Shown here in pieces: positions 60,301 through 64,000 of a DNA stretch of 64,000 nt. The notes beneath the pieces were generated by a model that worked only from the letters and a program-made list of their open reading frames with translations, made no database searches and was not told the origin of the DNA. The position numbers were made by a program, and so were the translations under genes. How positions within the stretch are numbered: the stretch's first letter is position 1; each line of letters begins with the position of its first letter. Origin of the DNA: an uncultured bacterium (GTDB lineage Bacteria > Acidobacteriota > Thermoanaerobaculia > Multivoradales > JAHZIX01); assembly GCA_965368975.1 (NCBI GenBank), contig CBDUPA010000001.1:96001-160000 (forward strand), read 5' to 3'.

Positions 60301-63300
60301 CCTACGTGGTCCTGGCGGATGGGGAAGGTGCCGAGGTGGGCGACCTGCGGGCCGCGCTGGCGGCGATGCTGCCGGACTACATGCTGCCGTCCCACCTGCT
60401 GCGGCTCGATGCGCTACCTCTGACGACGCACGGCAAGGTCGACCGCCGAGCGCTCTTGGCCCGTCCTCTGGCCGAGGCGCTGCCGGGCGCCGGGGTGGCC
60501 CGAGCCTACGTGCCGCCGGCGACAGAGATGGAGGAGACGCTGGCGTCAGTGATGGCGCAGGTGCTGGGGCTGGAGCGTGTCAGTCGCGACGCCAGTTTCT
60601 TCGACATGGGCGGTGACTCGTTGCTCAGCATCCGCGTGATCGGACTGTTGCGCGAGCGCGGTCTGGAGCTCGACTTGCCGCAGCTAATGCGTCATCCGAC
60701 GCTCGCCGAGCTGGCGCCGCACGTGCGCACGATGGGCGAGGAGACGATGACCGTCGAGCCGTTCGCTTTGCTCGACGAGGACGACCGTCGACGGTTGGCG
60801 GGTGATATCGCGACGCGGGGCCTGGTCGACGCCTACCCCTTGACGCGCCTGCAGCACGGCATGCTGGTCCACATGCAGCTACTCGACGACGAACCGCCGT
60901 TCCACAACCTCGACAGCTACCACCTGCGCGGACCCTTCGATCCCGACCACTTCCGCACGTGCATCCGGCGCGCGGTGGCGCGCCACCCGATCCTGCGCAG
61001 CGCCATCGACCTGAAGAGCTACAGCGAACCGCTGCAACTGGTGTATGCCGCCAACGGTTCGCCGGTCGAGGAGGCGGTCGAGATCGAGGACCTGCGGGCG
61101 TTGCCGCCGGACGAGTGCCAGGCGGTGATCGATGCCTTCCTGGACACCCACCGCTCGCGTCCCTGGCCGTTCGACCGGCCGCCGCTGGTGCGCTTCCAGG
61201 TCCACTGGCGGCGCGACGACGAGATCCAGCTGACGGTGATCGAGAACCACGCCATCTTCGACGGCTGGAGCGTGCACGCGACGCTCACCGACGTCTTCGA
61301 CGAAGCCTTGCAGCTGGCCGCCGGCAAGATGCTGGCGCCGGTCGACCCCGACGCCGCACCGGTGCACTTCCGCGACTACGTGGCGCTCGAACGGCGCGCC
61401 GCGGCGTCGACCGAGCACCGGGACTTCTGGCGTCGCTACCTCGCCGGTGCTGAGATCCTGCGTCTGCCGCGCTGGCCGCGACCGCCGCGGCGCAGCGGCG
61501 AGTTGCGGGCCCCCAACGTCGCTCTGATGCTCGAACCGCCCGTCGCCGCTGGCCTGCGGCGGCTGGCAACGGCGGCGGCGGTGCCGATCAAGAGCGTGTT
61601 GCTGGCCGCGCACGTGCAAGTGCTGGCGTGGCTCAGCGGGCGGCGCGACGTGGTCACGGGCGTGTCGACGAACGGCCGTCCGGAAGTGCCGGGTGGGGAT
61701 GACATTCGCGGTCTGTTCCTCAACGTTCTGCCGCTGCGCGTCGACTGGCGACCGGACGCCACCTGGCTCGAGCTGGCGCGCGCCGCCTTCGACGCCGAGA
61801 TGACCATCCTGCCGCACCGCCGCTTCCCGCTGGCCGACATCCAGCACGACCTGAACCGCGGCGAACTCTACGAGCTGATCTTCAACTACGTGCACTTCCA
61901 CGTCGTCGACCCGCTGCTCGGCAGCGGTCTGGAGGTCGTCGACTCGGTGATCCACGACGTCGACAACTTCACCCTCACCGTCACCTGCGGCCGTCTTCCC
62001 GGCAGCGGTGATCCCTACCTGCAGTTCGGCTACAACGCCGACCGCCTGCCGCCGCACCAGGCGCTGTGGTTGCAGCGCCGCTACCTGTGTGCCTTCACCG
62101 CTCTGGCCGCCGATCCCGAGGCCGCGCTCGGTGCTGCCTCGATGCTGACGCCGGCCGAGCGGCAGCAGATTCTCGTCGAGTGGGCGCAGGGCCCCTCGCT
62201 GCCGATGTCCGCCTATGACGGCACGATCCACCATCGCTTCGAACAGCTCGCCGCCCGCATTCCGCACGCCACGGCCGTGGTGTCCGCGTCGGGCCGCCGG
62301 GTGCTGTCGTACGCCGGCCTCGCCATGGCCTCGGCCGCGCTGGCGGTGCGCCTGCGCGCGCAAGGCGTGGGGCCGGAAGTCCCCGTCGCCGTCGAGTTGC
62401 CGCGCGGGGTCGACATGGTGGTGGCCTTCCTGGCGGCACTGCGCGCCGGCGGTGCCTATGTGCCCGTGGAACCGTCGCTGCCGGAGAGTCGGAGAACGTG
62501 GTTGAAGGACGATGCGGGCGTCACGGTGGTGGTGGATGCGGCGTCTGTCGCCCCCGCCCTGGGCCCCCATGGTGAGGTGCCTCTAGAGCAGGCTCCCGGC
62601 TCCGGCGTCCCTTCTCCCCTCGCCACCATCCTCTACACCTCCGGCTCCACCGGCATCCCCAAGGGCGCCCTGCTCGACCACCGGGGCCTGCTGCGCCTGG
62701 TGGCGGACGCCGGCTCGGCGCAGTTCCTGCCCGGCGAGGCGGTGTTGCAGCTGGCGCCGCCGGGCTTCGACGTGGCGGGGGCAGAGATCTGGGGCGCGCT
62801 GCTCAACGGCAGCCGCCTGGCGATGGTGCCCGACGGCACGCCGACGCCGGCCAGCCTGGAAGACCTGGTGCTGCGTCATGGTGTGCGTTCCTCGATCCCG
62901 ACCACTGGTCTGTTCCACCAGCTGGTCGACGAGGCACCGCGCGCCCTGCTGCCGCAGCGGCGGGTGATCGCTGGCGGTGACGTGGTGTCGCCGGGGCACG
63001 TGCGACGCCTGCTGGAGATGGCGCGTGCCGACCGTCGCTGCGACATGGAGATGGTGCAGTCCTACGGGCCGACGGAGGTCAGCGTGCTGTGCGTGCTGGC
63101 GCCGCACCGGCGCCCGGCCGATGTGGTGGCATCGGGGCCGCTGCCGCTGGGCCGGCCGCTGTCGGAAACGCGGGTGCGCGTGCTGGACGTCGAAGGTCGC
63201 GCCGCGGCAGCCGGCGTGCCGGGTGAACTGTGTCTCGGCGGTCCGGGCCTGGCGCGCGGCTACCAGCGCCGACCGGCGCGCACGGCCGAGGTCTTCGTGC

Positions 63301-64000
63301 CCGATCCGTGGGCGGGATGCTTCTCCGGGAGTCACGCTGCAGGCGTCGAGGCGGGGGCACGGCTCTACCGTACCGGCGACGCGGCGCGCTTCCTGCCCGA
63401 CGGTCGTCTGGAGTTCCTCGGGCGTCTCGATGGCCAGGTCAAGATCCACGGCGTGCGCATCGAGCCGGGAGAGATCGAGGCGGCGCTGCGGGCCCATCCG
63501 GCGGTCGACGACGGCGCGGTGGTCGTGGTCGGTGAGGGCGCTGAGGGCAAGCGTCTGATGGCGGCGATGGTGATCCGCACGGCGACCAGCGATTCGACCG
63601 GCGACGCGACCGAGGACACGGTGGCAGACTTCCTGCACAGCCGCTTGCCGGCAGCGATGGTGCCCGGGCGCCTGGTGTGCGTCGGCGCTCTGCCACTGAC
63701 GGCGCGCGGCAAGGTCGACCGAGCGGTGCTCGCCGAGCAGATCCTGCAGGCGCTGGAGGCCGAGCAGCAGGGGGCCGTGGAGCCACCCGCCGAGGAGGGA
63801 GAGGCCCGGGTCGCCGCCATCTTCCGCGAGGTGCTGGGCATCCAGAAGATCGGCCGCGACGACGACTTCTTCCGCCTCGGTGGACACTCGCTGCTGGCCA
63901 CGCGTGCGGTATCGCGCATCTCGCGTGACTTCGGCGTCACGCTGCCGCTGTCGAAGTTCTTCGGCAACCCGACCCCGGCGGCGCTGGCGGCGTTACTACA
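57315..64000 (+). CDS. NRPS, 5' part (runs off the window; absent from the ORF track): docking-C-A(Thr)-PCP-C-A-PCP
   Basis: Manual translation from ATG 57315 (MSELTSRLAKLSPAQRALLEQRL). The same frame holds at HHIVIDW (57900), YVIYTSGSTGKPKG (~59360), FDFSTWEIW, NMYGITETTVH, FFDMGGDS (~60600), ENHAIFDGWS (61242), LYTSGSTGIPKG (~62630) and FFRLGGHS (~63870). Confidence 0.93.
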   Translation, partial: MSELTSRLAKLSPAQRALLEQRLAKKALDVDDLARRDAAREEAGDAAAALASTPIAKRASTDDPPPLSLDQERIYFIHHLNPDSPFYNIISAGRFRGRMRMDLLNRALNEVVRRHENLRTRFELRAGAPVQIIEPTLTMHVPLLDLRALGERAQPLADALVSRCLGTAFALDRLPLGQGLVLQVADEEFIWPTVYHHIVIDWVSWALFQREIVLLYDAFAEGREPPLPELPELRVQYADYAVWQRQTLTDATLSAQLDYWRRTLAEAPHVTELPLDHPRPALQRGEGKRCFRTLAADASEAFRALTRKEGVTFFMAFLALYKALVLRLTGQRKVVIGSPTTARNHPDLEPLIGYLLYHLPFYTELDGALSFRQALARVRTSTVGVFSHSDTPFAKLVELVDPPRDPSRMPLTQLVFLFLNPQGLHTQLGAREMSGLEVLPYDFDGESSKFDATFIVWDFQPFRMWIEYNSELFDVTTADRLARQYEALLCGVAGDADTPLSELPLLTAAERHQLAVERNAVFLEPPTQRSTGTPPERFVQWAERQPDATAIVHGRAHVSYGELARRAAAVAMRLRAQGVGRGSFVGLSLERCADLFVGLLGIQFAGAAYVPIDPAYPRERREFLAVDSGVEVMVDAAWMGGLTPTRAQCLAPLQTAHRPNVTQDSDASTPSGLAPDLLDPAYVIYTSGSTGKPKGVVLSHHNTSRLLDATDPWFRFGPDDVWALFFSFAFDFSTWEIWGALACGGRLVVPSWQATRDPRRLAADLVRGGVTVLNQTPSSFRGLIPEMIREADEGSGSTSIEWVIFGGEALESRMLRPWFGRFGADDRLGAPAPKLINMYGITETTVHVTWRRMLPPDCDDARSLIGVPMPDLRLYVIDRWLNLLPLSIPGELAVAGEGLAQVYLHRPSTTAQRFVPDPFASSPGSAAGAGRLYRSGDLVRARVDGELEYLGRIDQQVKIRGFRVEVGEVEAALEALPAVRDAVVLVHTLPTVRLVAYVVLADGEGAEVGDLRAALAAMLPDYMLPSHLLRLDALPLTTHGKVDRRALLARPLAEALPGAGVARAYVPPATEMEETLASVMAQVLGLERVSRDASFFDMGGDSLLSIRVIGLLRERGLELDLPQLMRHPTLAELAPHVRTMGEETMTVEPFALLDEDDRRRLAGDIATRGLVDAYPLTRLQHGMLVHMQLLDDEPPFHNLDSYHLRGPFDPDHFRTCIRRAVARHPILRSAIDLKSYSEPLQLVYAANGSPVEEAVEIEDLRALPPDECQAVIDAFLDTHRSRPWPFDRPPLVRFQVHWRRDDEIQLTVIENHAIFDGWSVHATLTDVFDEALQLAAGKMLAPVDPDAAPVHFRDYVALERRAAASTEHRDFWRRYLAGAEILRLPRWPRPPRRSGELRAPNVALMLEPPVAAGLRRLATAAAVPIKSVLLAAHVQVLAWLSGRRDVVTGVSTNGRPEVPGGDDIRGLFLNVLPLRVDWRPDATWLELARAAFDAEMTILPHRRFPLADIQHDLNRGELYELIFNYVHFHVVDPLLGSGLEVVDSVIHDVDNFTLTVTCGRLPGSGDPYLQFGYNADRLPPHQALWLQRRYLCAFTALAADPEAALGAASMLTPAERQQILVEWAQGPSLPMSAYDGTIHHRFEQLAARIPHATAVVSASGRRVLSYAGLAMASAALAVRLRAQGVGPEVPVAVELPRGVDMVVAFLAALRAGGAYVPVEPSLPESRRTWLKDDAGVTVVVDAASVAPALGPHGEVPLEQAPGSGVPSPLATILYTSGSTGIPKGALLDHRGLLRLVADAGSAQFLPGEAVLQLAPPGFDVAGAEIWGALLNGSRLAMVPDGTPTPASLEDLVLRHGVRSSIPTTGLFHQLVDEAPRALLPQRRVIAGGDVVSPGHVRRLLEMARADRRCDMEMVQSYGPTEVSVLCVLAPHRRPADVVASGPLPLGRPLSETRVRVLDVEGRAAAAGVPGELCLGGPGLARGYQRRPARTAEVFVPDPWAGCFSGSHAAGVEAGARLYRTGDAARFLPDGRLEFLGRLDGQVKIHGVRIEPGEIEAALRAHPAVDDGAVVVVGEGAEGKRLMAAMVIRTATSDSTGDATEDTVADFLHSRLPAAMVPGRLVCVGALPLTARGKVDRAVLAEQILQALEAEQQGAVEPPAEEGEARVAAIFREVLGIQKIGRDDDFFRLGGHSLLATRAVSRISRDFGVTLPLSKFFGNPTPAALAALL
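59251..59275 (-). repeat. Single REP-like element inside the NRPS coding sequence
   Basis: Minus strand TGTAGGGGCGCAAGGCATTGCGCCC: GTAG plus a GGGCGCAA/TTGCGCCC hairpin. Confidence 0.7.

Overview
GC-rich bacterial DNA. An ADOP-type duplicated ABC permease, tandem Ser/Thr kinase-TPR genes and a porin suggest a Gram-negative organism, plausibly Acidobacteriota (inference). Positions 1-30.6 kb hold the 3' part of a hybrid NRPS/PKS cluster of four genes: (i) an NRPS ending in A(Lys-like)-PCP plus an acidic tail; (ii) FAAL-FAAL-ACP-KS-AT-O-MT-ACP; (iii) C-A(Phe-like)-PCP-KS-AT-ACP-KR, with the KR after the carrier; (iv) C-A(Ser)-PCP-KS-AT-KR-ACP-C-(vestigial A)-TE. The logic predicts a fatty-acyl, probably methoxy-enoyl-capped chain with two consecutive statine-like units, finished by a carrier-less C/TE end that may accept a partner in trans. 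Positions 30.7-57.1 kb hold a porin, an ADOP permease, hypothetical proteins, a CPBP protease, an RsmB/RsmF-family methyltransferase, two kinase-TPR paralogs, a hybrid two-component sensor, DUF2167, malQ, glgP, an M32 carboxypeptidase, a DUF4258/DUF2283 pair, nfi and DUF480. A GTAG-type REP doublet lies at 57.1-57.2 kb. From 57315 to the window end runs a second NRPS that is missing from the ORF track (C-A(Thr)-PCP-C[ENHxxxDG]-A-PCP); it probably makes dehydrobutyrine and carries an in-frame REP-like insertion. No tRNA, rRNA, CRISPR array or transposase was recognised. All domain and specificity calls come from manual motif reading, not HMM or database searches.
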